A DNA stretch of 64,000 bases from a phage: sequence record PZ154896.1; one strand, given 5' to 3'. The notes under the pieces were generated by a model, which searched no databases, was not told the DNA's origin, and saw only the letters and a program-made list of their open reading frames with translations. Shown here piece by piece: positions 35,715-45,248 of the stretch. A program made the position numbers and the translations under genes. Each line of letters starts with the position of its first letter. The stretch's first letter is position 1.

Positions 35715-36070
35715 TTTCTACATTCCTTAATAAAGTTTTCTATTGTTTCATTTTCACGTCTAGCTAGGAGTTCATTATAACTAATCATTTGAGAAGCGTA
35801 AACCTTTTTATTTTTCTTGTTATGGTTTATAAAATCGTAGTAAAAATAGACTACAGTACAAAATGATGCGATGGATGCAAAGGCTTGGGTATACCGTAAG
35901 TCCTGCCATTGGTCTGTGAATCCACCAGTGTTCCCTATAAATCCTAACACAACGCCGTCAATAAGAAATCCAACTAATCCAAAGGCAAATCCCATGCCAA
36001 TACTCATAATAAAAATTAGAATGTTCTCACCAAGAGAAGGCCATACGGTTAAGAGTTGAGGCTTTTGCAT
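35711..36070 (-). CDS. membrane protein with C-terminal ENFIKECRK tail
   Basis: 119 aa; hydrophobic segments; stop overlaps next start (ATGA). Confidence 0.5.
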   Translation of the reverse strand: MQKPQLLTVWPSLGENILIFIMSIGMGFAFGLVGFLIDGVVLGFIGNTGGFTDQWQDLRYTQAFASIASFCTVVYFYYDFINHNKKNKKVYASQMISYNELLARRENETIENFIKECRK

Positions 36071-36444
36071 CTTATTTCCTTAACGAATTCCATAGCTTCT
36101 TCATATTCATACTTTTTAACAGCTTCATCATACTGAGCTTGGGCTTTTGCGCACTGAACTTTCCATTCTCTTAATCGGGCTCTGTGATGACGTCCTTGGT
36201 ACCAATATCCCACCCAGTTAATAGGCATTAATAAAAATGGTACAATAAACGACCCGGCTATAATAAGTAAAAACACTGCATCAGACGATATAACTTCACT
36301 AGAATCTAAAACAGCTCCTATAATCATAAAGATTAAAAATGCTAAAGCTAAAATAGGGCCAAATAGTACTTCATTTGGGATTAATTTACGCTTGTATTCG
36401 TATGCCCAGGGCTTAATTGGCATGTACAGGGTTGGCTTTGACAT
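36049..36444 (-). CDS. membrane protein with EFVKEIRCK tail variant
   Basis: start set at MSKPTLY; two TM-like segments. Confidence 0.45.
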   Translation of the reverse strand: MSKPTLYMPIKPWAYEYKRKLIPNEVLFGPILALAFLIFMIIGAVLDSSEVISSDAVFLLIIAGSFIVPFLLMPINWVGYWYQGRHHRARLREWKVQCAKAQAQYDEAVKKYEYEEAMEFVKEIRCKSLNS

Positions 36445-37009
36445 ATTCTCTACATTCCATAATAAATTGCTCAAGGATTAAATTGTTAGTGAAATTAGGA
36501 CTAACAACCATGGTTTCATAAAGCGCATCAATAGCACTTAAAGCATCAACTCTTTTAAGCAAAGGCTTGCCTTCATACATAGTTTCAGAATCGACGATTA
36601 ACGTAAAGTAATATTTTTTATTATCGACTAGAACTTCAGTATCGATATAAAACATGTTAGACCTTAAGAGCTTATCTCTAAAACCATAATAATCTTCAGA
36701 GCGTTCGCTGATATATTCCCATTCAGTGTTTAAACAACAAACAGACCATGTAGGAGCAACGAAATCAGTGAATCTAATATCATGGTCTGCAACTAGTTTA
36801 GCAATAGCTCCGATATCATGAATCATAATACCTGGGGCTAATAAAGATTTTCGGTTATTTGCATATTCAGTTGTCTCATAAGAAGACGACCAGTACCATT
36901 TACGTCCAGTTGCAACATATCGTAATGAATCAACTAAAGACGTAGGTGGATTTACCTTATTTCGGAACTCTTCGAACATTGAGTCAATATCATTATTTTG
37001 GTTTCGCAT
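36413..37009 (-). CDS. hypothetical protein with FIMECR motif near C-terminus
   Basis: about 198 aa from MRNQNND. Confidence 0.45.
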   Translation of the reverse strand: MRNQNNDIDSMFEEFRNKVNPPTSLVDSLRYVATGRKWYWSSSYETTEYANNRKSLLAPGIMIHDIGAIAKLVADHDIRFTDFVAPTWSVCCLNTEWEYISERSEDYYGFRDKLLRSNMFYIDTEVLVDNKKYYFTLIVDSETMYEGKPLLKRVDALSAIDALYETMVVSPNFTNNLILEQFIMECREYVKANPVHAN

Positions 37010-37058
37010 GTTAACTCCTTTATTATCCAAAAGGAGGACCTGAGTCCTCCGTATTATT

Positions 37059-37652
37059 TTATTTCAAAGAGTTAATATATTCTTGTACATCGGCAGAAGT
37101 GGTTTCGACACCAGCTGGAGTGCCATTGAACGTTTCAACACGAGTCAGAGTGTCTTCGATATCAACCTTAGTCAGTGCAGCGATTTCAATTACATCATCA
37201 GCCGTAGAGATACCAAGGGCATTAGCTGCTCGAGTTTCACGAATGTATTCGAGTTTGATTGCCAGATTCTGACGAGCATCGTCAAGTTCAACCACCTTAC
37301 GAGCAATTTCAATTCGCATAGCGGCATACCCGTCAGCTTTTGTATTAAGTTGTTCGGCAGTTCGACGATACAGAAGACCAAGCTTGGCATGCATGGTAAC
37401 ATCTTGACCTTCAGCCAGGAGCTTACGAATTTCACGTTCCTTAGAAGCGGCTTGCTTATTCTTTTCATTAACAAGTTCGCGAATACGTTTTTCTTCATTA
37501 ATAGATTTAACAGAAGCCGTTTTTAGTTCTTTGATTTGGGTAATCAACTTATCTGCAGCTGCGTTATACTGTTCTTCGACAGTCAGATTTTTAGCCATAG
37601 CAGTACCCAGTTTAGTGCGGATGAATTCAACAAGTTTCTTCAGTGTGTTCAT
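37059..37652 (-). CDS. coiled-coil protein, possibly PspA/IM30-like
   Basis: 197 aa from MNTLKKL; continuous heptad pattern; weak recalled resemblance to PspA N-terminal region. Confidence 0.35.
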   Translation of the reverse strand: MNTLKKLVEFIRTKLGTAMAKNLTVEEQYNAAADKLITQIKELKTASVKSINEEKRIRELVNEKNKQAASKEREIRKLLAEGQDVTMHAKLGLLYRRTAEQLNTKADGYAAMRIEIARKVVELDDARQNLAIKLEYIRETRAANALGISTADDVIEIAALTKVDIEDTLTRVETFNGTPAGVETTSADVQEYINSLK

Positions 37653-37681
37653 ATTATTACCTTTCAATTGGTGGTTTATTA

Positions 37682-37722
37682 TCCAACGAGAGCATTATAC
37701 TCTGCTCTCAAGAGTTTGTACA
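37682..37722 (-). promoter_or_regulatory. early-promoter cassette, near-identical copy of 7049-7093
   Basis: about 45 bp with 2 mismatches versus the 7049-7093 element. Confidence 0.5.
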
Positions 37723-37950
37723 TTATTTTTTAATCAAGTTGACATAAAATTCTGCATCTTCAGGGTGCATGCCTTCGCAGTATTCTTCAACCATGAACTT
37801 CTTAACAGCTTCATAAGGGCCGCTCAGATTAAGTTCAGTTGTCCAGAACTTGGAATCTTGGACTGAATCGATACGAACTTCAGGGTGACGGTTGCGAATA
37901 ACTTCTTCAGTGTATTCATAATCAACGACATCAATACTAACTTTAGCCAT
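37723..37950 (-). CDS. hypothetical acidic protein
   Basis: 75-aa ORF. Confidence 0.45.
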   Translation of the reverse strand: MAKVSIDVVDYEYTEEVIRNRHPEVRIDSVQDSKFWTTELNLSGPYEAVKKFMVEEYCEGMHPEDAEFYVNLIKK

Positions 37951-37967
37951 TTTGTGTTCCTCTTGTT

Positions 37968-38007
37968 TTGATAGGACTACTATACCATAAACTTACTTAG
38001 ATGTAAA
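37968..38007 (-). promoter_or_regulatory. early promoter cassette
   Basis: rc: TTTACA-N17-TATAGT followed by AGTCCTATC. Confidence 0.5.
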
Positions 38008-38161
38008 TTATTTCAACGTCACCTTTAGCTGCTTTATAACCTTCAGCCCAAGATACAACAGAGTTTTTATCCGAGGATTCAAATTCAGGCATTGGGCTTT
38101 CACCAATATTCACACAGTATGTTTCTTCATTTTCATCGAACCAAATAATTAAAGTAGTCAT
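37997..38161 (-). CDS. hypothetical small protein
   Basis: start at MTTLIIWF downstream of promoter cassette. Confidence 0.35.
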   Translation of the reverse strand: MTTLIIWFDENEETYCVNIGESPMPEFESSDKNSVVSWAEGYKAAKGDVEIIYI

Positions 38162-38182
38162 TTTGTTTACTCCTCTGTAGTT

Positions 38183-38220
38183 GATAAGTCTATAGTAACA
38201 CCGTCCTTGGTGCTTGTACA
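38183..38220 (-). promoter_or_regulatory. promoter cassette (degenerate -35)
   Basis: rc: GTACAA...TACTATAGACTTATC. Confidence 0.45.
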
Positions 38221-38724
38221 TCATTTATTTTTAATTTTGCAAATTTTTTCTGCTTCAGCAATTGCAGCGTCAATGATGCTTTGTGCAATTTTATTACTAG
38301 TTGACCTGGCAATCACACTAAGAACAATTTCTTTTTCTTCACCACCCCAACCCCAAGTCCTTTGTTCGTGGGTACCTTTAACTACAGCTGAAACTTCAAC
38401 AGAACGTCCACCATCAGAAGTTTTAACATCTACAACCCAATCACCGTCTTTCTCTTCTACCCTTGATTTATCCCAAGAAATACTAATATATGATTCACTG
38501 TCAATAGAAGTCGCCGGGTTTTTCTCTACCGTAAGACCTTCACTTTCCAGCCATTCAATTGTATTTGCGCATAAATCCGAAGAACACCTAATCGGAAACC
38601 GGCAAGATTTTTCACCTTTAGCTGCAGCGTTATACATCTTTTCTAAAATACGCTTTTGCACGTTTTTAAAAATAGTTTCAGCAGATTCTTCAGATTTTTT
38701 ATTCAGTTCAGTGTAAAGACTCAT
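38221..38724 (-). CDS. hypothetical protein
   Basis: 167-aa ORF with GGGGAG SD. Confidence 0.5.
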   Translation of the reverse strand: MSLYTELNKKSEESAETIFKNVQKRILEKMYNAAAKGEKSCRFPIRCSSDLCANTIEWLESEGLTVEKNPATSIDSESYISISWDKSRVEEKDGDWVVDVKTSDGGRSVEVSAVVKGTHEQRTWGWGGEEKEIVLSVIARSTSNKIAQSIIDAAIAEAEKICKIKNK

Positions 38725-38744
38725 AATATTCTCCCCATGTTTTG

Positions 38745-38781
38745 ATAGGTCTATAGTAACACATCTAGGGAAGAAGTAAAC
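38745..38781 (-). promoter_or_regulatory. PeSL-like early promoter cassette
   Basis: rc: GTTGTTTAC-N-TACTATAGACCTATC; same core as the regB cassette. Confidence 0.55.
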
Positions 38782-38812
38782 AACTTTTTCAGTAAGTTAT
38801 AGACCCCCTAAT

Positions 38813-38828
38813 GGGGACCGAAGTCCCC
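38813..38828 (-). other. UUCG-tetraloop hairpin just 3' of a stop codon
   Basis: GGGGAC-UUCG-GUCCCC, 6 nt after the 38834-39460 stop; same flanking motif as 19806-19821. Confidence 0.45.
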
Positions 38829-38833
38829 ATTCT

Positions 38834-39460
38834 TTACTTACGAGTTTTTGCATACTGAGCAGCGTCAGCAGCCAAACGACCTGCCTGACGAAGTTTTTCT
38901 TTAATCGCATCGTGAAGTGGTTGAGTATACTTCAAACCTTCGATAGTCAAATAAAGACGATAAAGGTCTGGGGTATCAAGGTTGTTGATATGTTGGCCAT
39001 TACGAAGACTGTTGAATTCACGAACGAGTGAAGATGTATCGGATTCAATATCGCGAACAAGCGAAGATAGTTGTTTATATTTTTTTTCCAGGCTAGAAGT
39101 ATCAAACTTAAGAGCAGGAGCTTTAGGAGTTGCTTTTACTTCCGGCTTAGGCTCAGGTTTTGCTATTGCTTTAGGGGTCGCAGGTTTAGGAACGGTAGGA
39201 GCAGGTTTTACTTTAGGCGAACCCGATTTAGCAGAAACACCGCCACTAACAATATCTTTGAACGCTTTAGAAGCTCTGTAATATTCTTTTTGGCTGGAAG
39301 TGTCGATACCATACATGGCTTGAACGTTTTTGAAAAACTCTGTACTAGTTTTTGTACCAGAAATAGCATCGTAAGCAGCTTGCCATTTCTCTTTTGTCAT
39401 ACGTACACCGGCTTCGGTGATTACTTCCGTTTCGGCTAAAAATTCATTAAAAGTATACAT
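38834..39460 (-). CDS. capsid-targeting-sequence protein with Pro/Lys-rich linker
   Basis: 208 aa; N-terminus MYTFNEFLAE resembles IP capsid targeting sequence; central PKPxxP low-complexity region. Confidence 0.5.
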   Translation of the reverse strand: MYTFNEFLAETEVITEAGVRMTKEKWQAAYDAISGTKTSTEFFKNVQAMYGIDTSSQKEYYRASKAFKDIVSGGVSAKSGSPKVKPAPTVPKPATPKAIAKPEPKPEVKATPKAPALKFDTSSLEKKYKQLSSLVRDIESDTSSLVREFNSLRNGQHINNLDTPDLYRLYLTIEGLKYTQPLHDAIKEKLRQAGRLAADAAQYAKTRK

Positions 39461-39504
39461 TGATGGTCCTTAGAAAGTAGGTTTATTGTTTACTATATTT
39501 ATAC

Positions 39505-39535
39505 AAAAAAGCCCCAACCTTTCGGAAGGGGCTAT
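39505..39535 (-). terminator. rho-independent terminator
   Basis: stem as at 22946-22975 with GAAA loop, followed by U6. Confidence 0.65.
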
Positions 39536-39574
39536 ATACCTTGTCGGGGTTTCCACCTACTAAGGCAAGTGTTT

Positions 39575-39670
39575 GTACGAAACGCCGGGATTCGAACCCG
39601 GTTATTAAGCAGTTGACGCTACTCAATATTTTTAAAAGGCCATATCTCGACCATATCCGAACGTTCCGTC
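39575..39670 (-). ncRNA. candidate tRNA-like stable RNA (possibly an RNA C/D analog)
   Basis: tRNA-like T-arm CCGGG-UUCGAAU-CCCGG and acceptor-like pairing CGGAACG/CGUUUCG about 90 nt apart, but no canonical D or anticodon arms. Confidence 0.25.
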
Positions 39671-39836
39671 AAAAACGCTACTCGGCTTACGGCAAAGATA
39701 TTTCCTCGAATCGATAATTCTTTGCGCCGTTTCTGCTGTGATGTAAGGGGATATTAACAAATCATAAAGATTTATTAAGACCAGTCCTTACTCAGGGAAC
39801 ATCAGTCCGACGACTTGCCGGTAGCGACCCGGCTTC

Positions 39837-40181
39837 TTATTTTGACATATCATCAATTTGTTCTCTACGTCTACGCCATAGATTAATTACTTCATCAACA
39901 CATTCAGCATTTGGTATATGACGACAATAGTATAGTGATTCGCGTTTCTGGAACCGATGTTGTAATGGAATTTCGTTTAAAAGGTCTTTACGGTCAAAGT
40001 ATTCAAAACTAGTTAACCCGGAACGGTTTTTAAGAAACTTCCAATGTCCGAATTCATTTTGAAAATAAACATAATCAGCGTGTTGATATAACGAATTAAT
40101 CAACCGGTCGGAAATAACTGTATCCTGTTCATTAAAATAAAACGTTAAATCATGAACTACCAGATAAATATTACCTTTCAT
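39837..40181 (-). CDS. hypothetical protein embedded in the tRNA region
   Basis: 114 aa from MKGNIYLVV with GAGGAA SD; occupies the position of segB in T4. Confidence 0.45.
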   Translation of the reverse strand: MKGNIYLVVHDLTFYFNEQDTVISDRLINSLYQHADYVYFQNEFGHWKFLKNRSGLTSFEYFDRKDLLNEIPLQHRFQKRESLYYCRHIPNAECVDEVINLWRRRREQIDDMSK

Positions 40182-40199
40182 ATTTTCCTCACTTAAAGT

Positions 40200-40276
<77 letters not shown>

Positions 40277-40279
40277 GAT

Positions 40280-40354
40280 TGGTGACCCTGGCTGGTTTCG
40301 ATCCAGCTACCTATCAGTTATGAGCTGACAGCTCTCCCATTGAGCTACAGGGCC
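40280..40354 (-). tRNA. tRNA-Met/Ile (anticodon CAT)
   Basis: hand-folded cloverleaf: acceptor GGCCCTG/CAGGGTC, D-arm GCTCAATGGGAGAGC, anticodon loop CTCATAA, encoded CCA; 3 nt from tRNA-Arg. Confidence 0.7.
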
Positions 40355-40433
40355 TTAATAACTTTCTATTATGAAAGGCACTTTAGAGCACCTTTGGTAA
40401 TAGAGGGTATGAATTAATAATAACACATAATTC

Positions 40434-40949
40434 TTAAAGCAAATCAATCATTTTAACAGTCGGCAAAACGATTTCTTCTTCAATATAAGCAAATTCAACA
40501 CATTCAACTACACGCAAGAAATCATAATCATAATATTCAGAAGCATGGCCAAGAATATCAATGAGACCTTCTGATACTAAATATCCATTCTCATGGAACA
40601 GGTCAAATACACGCGATTCGTCTTCTTCAGATTTATTACCAAGGTCGACTTCAATATCAAAGACCTTTTTAATGAATTCTGGATAAAGCTGGTCTGAGAA
40701 CAATCCTTCAACCAAGTATTCATAGATTAAAAGCGAACAATCACTGAATAGTGTATTACCACAGTAACGTTCAGCTTTAGTGCTGGAATGACGGCTCTTA
40801 AATTTCTTCAAAAGATATTTAAACTGTTGGAGCTCATGCTCTTCTACACCAAATAATGTTTTGGTTTTATAGTTGTCGCCGTCATTTTCCCAAGTAGTGA
40901 CATCAATTACGTAACCTTTAGGAATTGTACTGCCTAAACAAATATTCAT
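40434..40949 (-). CDS. hypothetical protein
   Basis: 171-aa ORF. Confidence 0.5.
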   Translation of the reverse strand: MNICLGSTIPKGYVIDVTTWENDGDNYKTKTLFGVEEHELQQFKYLLKKFKSRHSSTKAERYCGNTLFSDCSLLIYEYLVEGLFSDQLYPEFIKKVFDIEVDLGNKSEEDESRVFDLFHENGYLVSEGLIDILGHASEYYDYDFLRVVECVEFAYIEEEIVLPTVKMIDLL

Positions 40950-40953
40950 TTAC

Positions 40954-41244
40954 TCACCGTACCATATTAATGTAATTATATTCAATGCAACATAATTTCA
41001 AAGGATTCTTGAAAATATCATATTCAAGAGGACCTTTTTCTGTTTCAATAAAGAAATCAAAGTTCACACTATTAAATTTGCGGTCTTCCCAAAGTAATTT
41101 AACCTGTGAAGATGAACGGTCGACGTAAACCTTTTCAACTTCAAAGTGGGTCAAAATACCATAGTAATCGACTAGTGCTTTAGCTGCAGCTCGGTCGCTT
41201 TCATATCCATTCTCAACGGATTTTACCTTAGCATAAAGAATCAT
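40954..41244 (-). CDS. hypothetical protein
   Basis: 96-aa ORF. Confidence 0.45.
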   Translation of the reverse strand: MILYAKVKSVENGYESDRAAAKALVDYYGILTHFEVEKVYVDRSSSQVKLLWEDRKFNSVNFDFFIETEKGPLEYDIFKNPLKLCCIEYNYINMVR

Positions 41245-41246
41245 TA

Positions 41247-41630
41247 TTAACCTTTATCAACAATAGTATGTGTATGGGCATTTACGATTTGCCACCAGTC
41301 AAAACTATCGCCAAATCGTTTTGATTTATTGTCTTCAATAATTTGGCGTAATTCATCTTCAGTAGCGGCTTTCGCGATTAAATCAGCATATCCACCACGA
41401 GGATAATAATTATCACCTGCAAAAAGTAAAAAGTTTGGTTTAATATTATTAAACTCTTCAAGAGTAATAACTGTTCCACCAGGTTGAACAATATCTACAT
41501 AACTATATCCTAATTTTTGAGCAGCATCTACTGCTTCAAGCAGGGTATCATGAGCCCATCCAATTTGGCAATCTGGCTTTTCAGATGGATTAGCCTGATA
41601 ATCCGCGTACACTTTATACATTCTATTCAC
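41247..41630 (-). CDS. hypothetical protein
   Basis: 127-aa ORF. Confidence 0.45.
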   Translation of the reverse strand: MNRMYKVYADYQANPSEKPDCQIGWAHDTLLEAVDAAQKLGYSYVDIVQPGGTVITLEEFNNIKPNFLLFAGDNYYPRGGYADLIAKAATEDELRQIIEDNKSKRFGDSFDWWQIVNAHTHTIVDKG

Positions 41631-41808
41631 CTTTAGAAATTTTATCCATAACGATAGCGATTAAACCGATTAGAAATGCTACTACCAATGAGATAGAATT
41701 TTCTGTTGTTGTCAGTAGTCCACAAATGAATCCTACAAACATCGAAAAACTAAAAGCCATTGAAGCAATTACTACAGCAACATTACGAATCAGTTCAGCG
41801 CGTTTCAT
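41623..41808 (-). CDS. small membrane protein
   Basis: 61 aa, largely hydrophobic. Confidence 0.4.
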   Translation of the reverse strand: MKRAELIRNVAVVIASMAFSFSMFVGFICGLLTTTENSISLVVAFLIGLIAIVMDKISKGE

Positions 41809-41828
41809 TTTATTCTCCTCAGTAGTTG

Positions 41829-41866
41829 ATAGGGTAATAGTATCACTACCCTATCTAAAAGTAAAC
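41829..41866 (-). promoter_or_regulatory. PeSL-like early promoter cassette
   Basis: rc: GTTTAC, perfect inverted repeat ATAGGGTA/TACCCTAT around GTGATACTAT. Confidence 0.55.
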
Positions 41867-41877
41867 GGTTTTATAAA

Positions 41878-42186
41878 CTATTTTATTCCACGTGATGCAA
41901 TCGTATTCTGCCGTTTAACGCCAGTTTGTTTAAAGTCATGACTGTCGATTTGATCGGTACGAGCAACTCCGAACGATGATTTAATCTTAGCTTTAGATCC
42001 TTTAGTTATAGAAATAAACATCTCAGAGGACCCTTTCTTAAAGTCTGATGCAGATACTTCAACGCCGTTCTTAGCAAGTGACCTCAGAATTGCATCTGCG
42101 TACTCATCATCAAGACTCGCTTGAGTATTAATAACGAATGTCTTTGGCGCAGCTGCTTCACAGATAAATTCTTTAAATGTTTTCAT
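41878..42186 (-). CDS. internal protein at the ipI locus (IPI-like, divergent)
   Basis: 102 aa; starts MKTFKEFICEA; immediately upstream of 57B as ipI is in T4. Confidence 0.6.
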   Translation of the reverse strand: MKTFKEFICEAAAPKTFVINTQASLDDEYADAILRSLAKNGVEVSASDFKKGSSEMFISITKGSKAKIKSSFGVARTDQIDSHDFKQTGVKRQNTIASRGIK

Positions 42187-42206
42187 TTTATTTTCCTAAT
42201 TAATTT

Positions 42207-42246
42207 TGATAGGACTACTATAACATAGTCCTATCAGCATGTAAAC
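42207..42246 (-). promoter_or_regulatory. PeSL-like early promoter cassette upstream of the ipI-locus gene
   Basis: rc: GTTTAC, perfect 10-bp inverted repeat GATAGGACTA/TAGTCCTATC around TGTTATAG. Confidence 0.55.
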
Positions 42247-42259
42247 TGTTTTGTGAAAA

Positions 42260-42945
<686 letters not shown>

Positions 42946-42949
42946 TTTA

Positions 42950-43684
42950 TTACCTTAAGATTGTTTCAATTTTAGAATAAAGCTCTTCTAAAGAGCCGTC
43001 GTTTGTAATAACTAAATCGCCTTCTTCAATAGGCAACCCAGCTTCTGTAATATGTTTATCAGTGGATTCCGTACCAGAGCGAACCACATGAATAACTGTA
43101 GCACCCATCGCTCTAGCGGTTTCCATTTCATGGACTTGGCGTGTATCGGTTACAACATAGTAATCGAAATCACTTCCAATATAATCCATATAGTTTAATG
43201 CAAAAAGTTTAACCCAATACATACGGTCAAATAAATTAACGACAACATCCGTACCGAGGGCTTGCATAAGACGGCGGATTGACCATGTGTCGTTGATATT
43301 ATTTATAGCTTCACGCAGGGCTTCATATGGTTTAATATCTAGATATGAATACCCACCTTCTAATGATGATAATACTTTAACATTATTAATTGGTAAATAT
43401 TGACTTTGTAAATAAATTAGCGCTTCTTCCAATAATTCAATAACATCCAACTTATTGAGATTTAATGGTGTTTCACGGTCGTATCCAACACCTTCGAAGT
43501 ATTCATATTTCAACTCAGTGAATACATCAGGATTTTCAGCATGCCTACGTCCCCAGGCTATTGCTAGAGCGTCTTTAATCGGATATGCCAATTGGTATTT
43601 TACGGATTTAAAGTTTGAATTGATGTAATCGGCAGTAGTGTCTTTACCACTACGTTTGATGCCGCTTAAAAAGATTAGCTCCAT
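42950..43684 (-). CDS. 1: deoxynucleoside monophosphate kinase (gp1)
   Basis: 244 aa; P-loop GIKRSGKDT; size and position as T4 gene 1. Confidence 0.85.
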   Translation of the reverse strand: MELIFLSGIKRSGKDTTADYINSNFKSVKYQLAYPIKDALAIAWGRRHAENPDVFTELKYEYFEGVGYDRETPLNLNKLDVIELLEEALIYLQSQYLPINNVKVLSSLEGGYSYLDIKPYEALREAINNINDTWSIRRLMQALGTDVVVNLFDRMYWVKLFALNYMDYIGSDFDYYVVTDTRQVHEMETARAMGATVIHVVRSGTESTDKHITEAGLPIEEGDLVITNDGSLEELYSKIETILR

Positions 43685-43737
43685 AGGTTTTCCTCATATA
43701 ATTTATGAATGATTATAACATACGGAGCTAGAAGCGA

Positions 43738-44328
43738 TTAACGCAAGGAAGGGTGTCTAGAAATGGATTTAGATTCGACCGCTTGACGTGGCTGTTGAGA
43801 TACAATGACTTCGCCATCCTTTTCTATCGTCATATACGCGTAGTGAATAGTTGCTACGCACGTAACGGCAGGGTCAGAGTCTTCGGTGTAACTAAATTCA
43901 ATTTCACTCAAATCAGAAATCCATGGTTTATAGAAATTTGCCGTCAAAACTACTTCGGTCTTATTGTTGTTTAAAATGTGCAAAGTAACAAACTCAGGAC
44001 CATCTGAGTGGGCCGTATTATGTCCGGTTATATAGTTATTAGTGCTGAGCATCCATTTATACATGTTCATCCAGGACGTCATGTCTTCATCAACTATAAA
44101 TCGTACAACAAAAGGGTCATATTCAAATGTGGTGCCTGCACGCATTGCACGTCCTAACCCCATTGTGCCTGTCACAGTTTCAACAACAGGAATTCTCACA
44201 CCTGGCAATGGTGCCGTTTGGGCATTGAGCACAAAACCTGAAGTTCGTGTACTATCTGGGATATCCACAACAAAGTTTGTTATATTTGTTTGGTTAAAAA
44301 TCTGTCTCGTTGGACGAGTCATAAGCAC
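43738..44328 (-). CDS. 3: tail completion/sheath stabiliser protein (gp3)
   Basis: position between genes 1 and 2; start uncertain. Confidence 0.6.
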   Translation of the reverse strand: MLMTRPTRQIFNQTNITNFVVDIPDSTRTSGFVLNAQTAPLPGVRIPVVETVTGTMGLGRAMRAGTTFEYDPFVVRFIVDEDMTSWMNMYKWMLSTNNYITGHNTAHSDGPEFVTLHILNNNKTEVVLTANFYKPWISDLSEIEFSYTEDSDPAVTCVATIHYAYMTIEKDGEVIVSQQPRQAVESKSISRHPSLR

Positions 44329-44424
44329 CTCAAAAACGCTTTAATAAAAATGCAGTATAATGGTTTTAGGTCTCTTCCATTAATCTGGTTCAACAGAATA
44401 TCAGAAGAACGGAAGAGAATAGAA

Positions 44425-45246
44425 TTAAGATTTCCAAACAGTATTCGCAGAGAAACGTTTTCCTTTTGACATAAACTGCTGAGTAGGTAACATGATTATG
44501 TTAGCCCAGTCTTTAGGAGCGATTTCTGTTATTGTTCCTCTAATGTGGCCTGGCAGGTATGCTTTAATCATTTTGTCAGCACCTTGAAATCCTTTCACCT
44601 TGCTCCAGTCTATCTTCAACTTTGTGTTATTAGTAATAGTAGTTGTGCTAGCATATTGCTTCAGCAATTCTTCAAGAAACTGTTGTCGTGCTTTAGGTGG
44701 GATATAGTGCAAGTTTAACCCATACATCAAATTATGTTTACCTAATCCTAAATAAATAATCAAAGGATATCGGTCCCAGTATGGCAGAGTATCTTTATGT
44801 TTAGCATCATACACGTAGGTATAAATTTTGCCTGGCGTAGGCTTGACTACTTTATGACCTTTTACACTTTTCTTAATTGTTTCAACAAACCACTTAGATG
44901 ATTTGTTGTTTACTGCTGCACCTTCATTTCTAATCTTTTCTCGTATTGAACTGCGAAACGAGTTTATCATCAGAAGTTGACGTTCTTGCTTATTGAGTTT
45001 ATTTTTAGGTTTAGATTCAAGTGTTTCAATTTTCTGTGCAGTCTTAATAGATGATGCATATCTAGACATTGCAGATGTAAACGACGAGTATTTTATTCCT
45101 TTTGATTCTGCAAATGCTTTTGCAGTGATTCCTTTCTCTTTAGCTTTCTTGTATTCTAATCCTATCTCAATCCATTTTCTTTCATTCATAGACTGAGCAA
45201 TCTTAGGGGCTTGTACGCCTTCAGATATAATTTGGAATATGCTCAT
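44425..45246 (-). CDS. 2: DNA end protector protein (gp2)
   Basis: 273 aa; size and position as T4 gp2. Confidence 0.7.
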   Translation of the reverse strand: MSIFQIISEGVQAPKIAQSMNERKWIEIGLEYKKAKEKGITAKAFAESKGIKYSSFTSAMSRYASSIKTAQKIETLESKPKNKLNKQERQLLMINSFRSSIREKIRNEGAAVNNKSSKWFVETIKKSVKGHKVVKPTPGKIYTYVYDAKHKDTLPYWDRYPLIIYLGLGKHNLMYGLNLHYIPPKARQQFLEELLKQYASTTTITNNTKLKIDWSKVKGFQGADKMIKAYLPGHIRGTITEIAPKDWANIIMLPTQQFMSKGKRFSANTVWKS

Positions 45247-45248
45247 AA

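Noticed and set aside
39575-39670. A third canonical tRNA (long-variable-arm type) at the tRNA-like T-arm
   Set aside because: Acceptor and T-arm pair well but no D-stem or anticodon stem could be folded; kept only as a low-confidence tRNA-like RNA.
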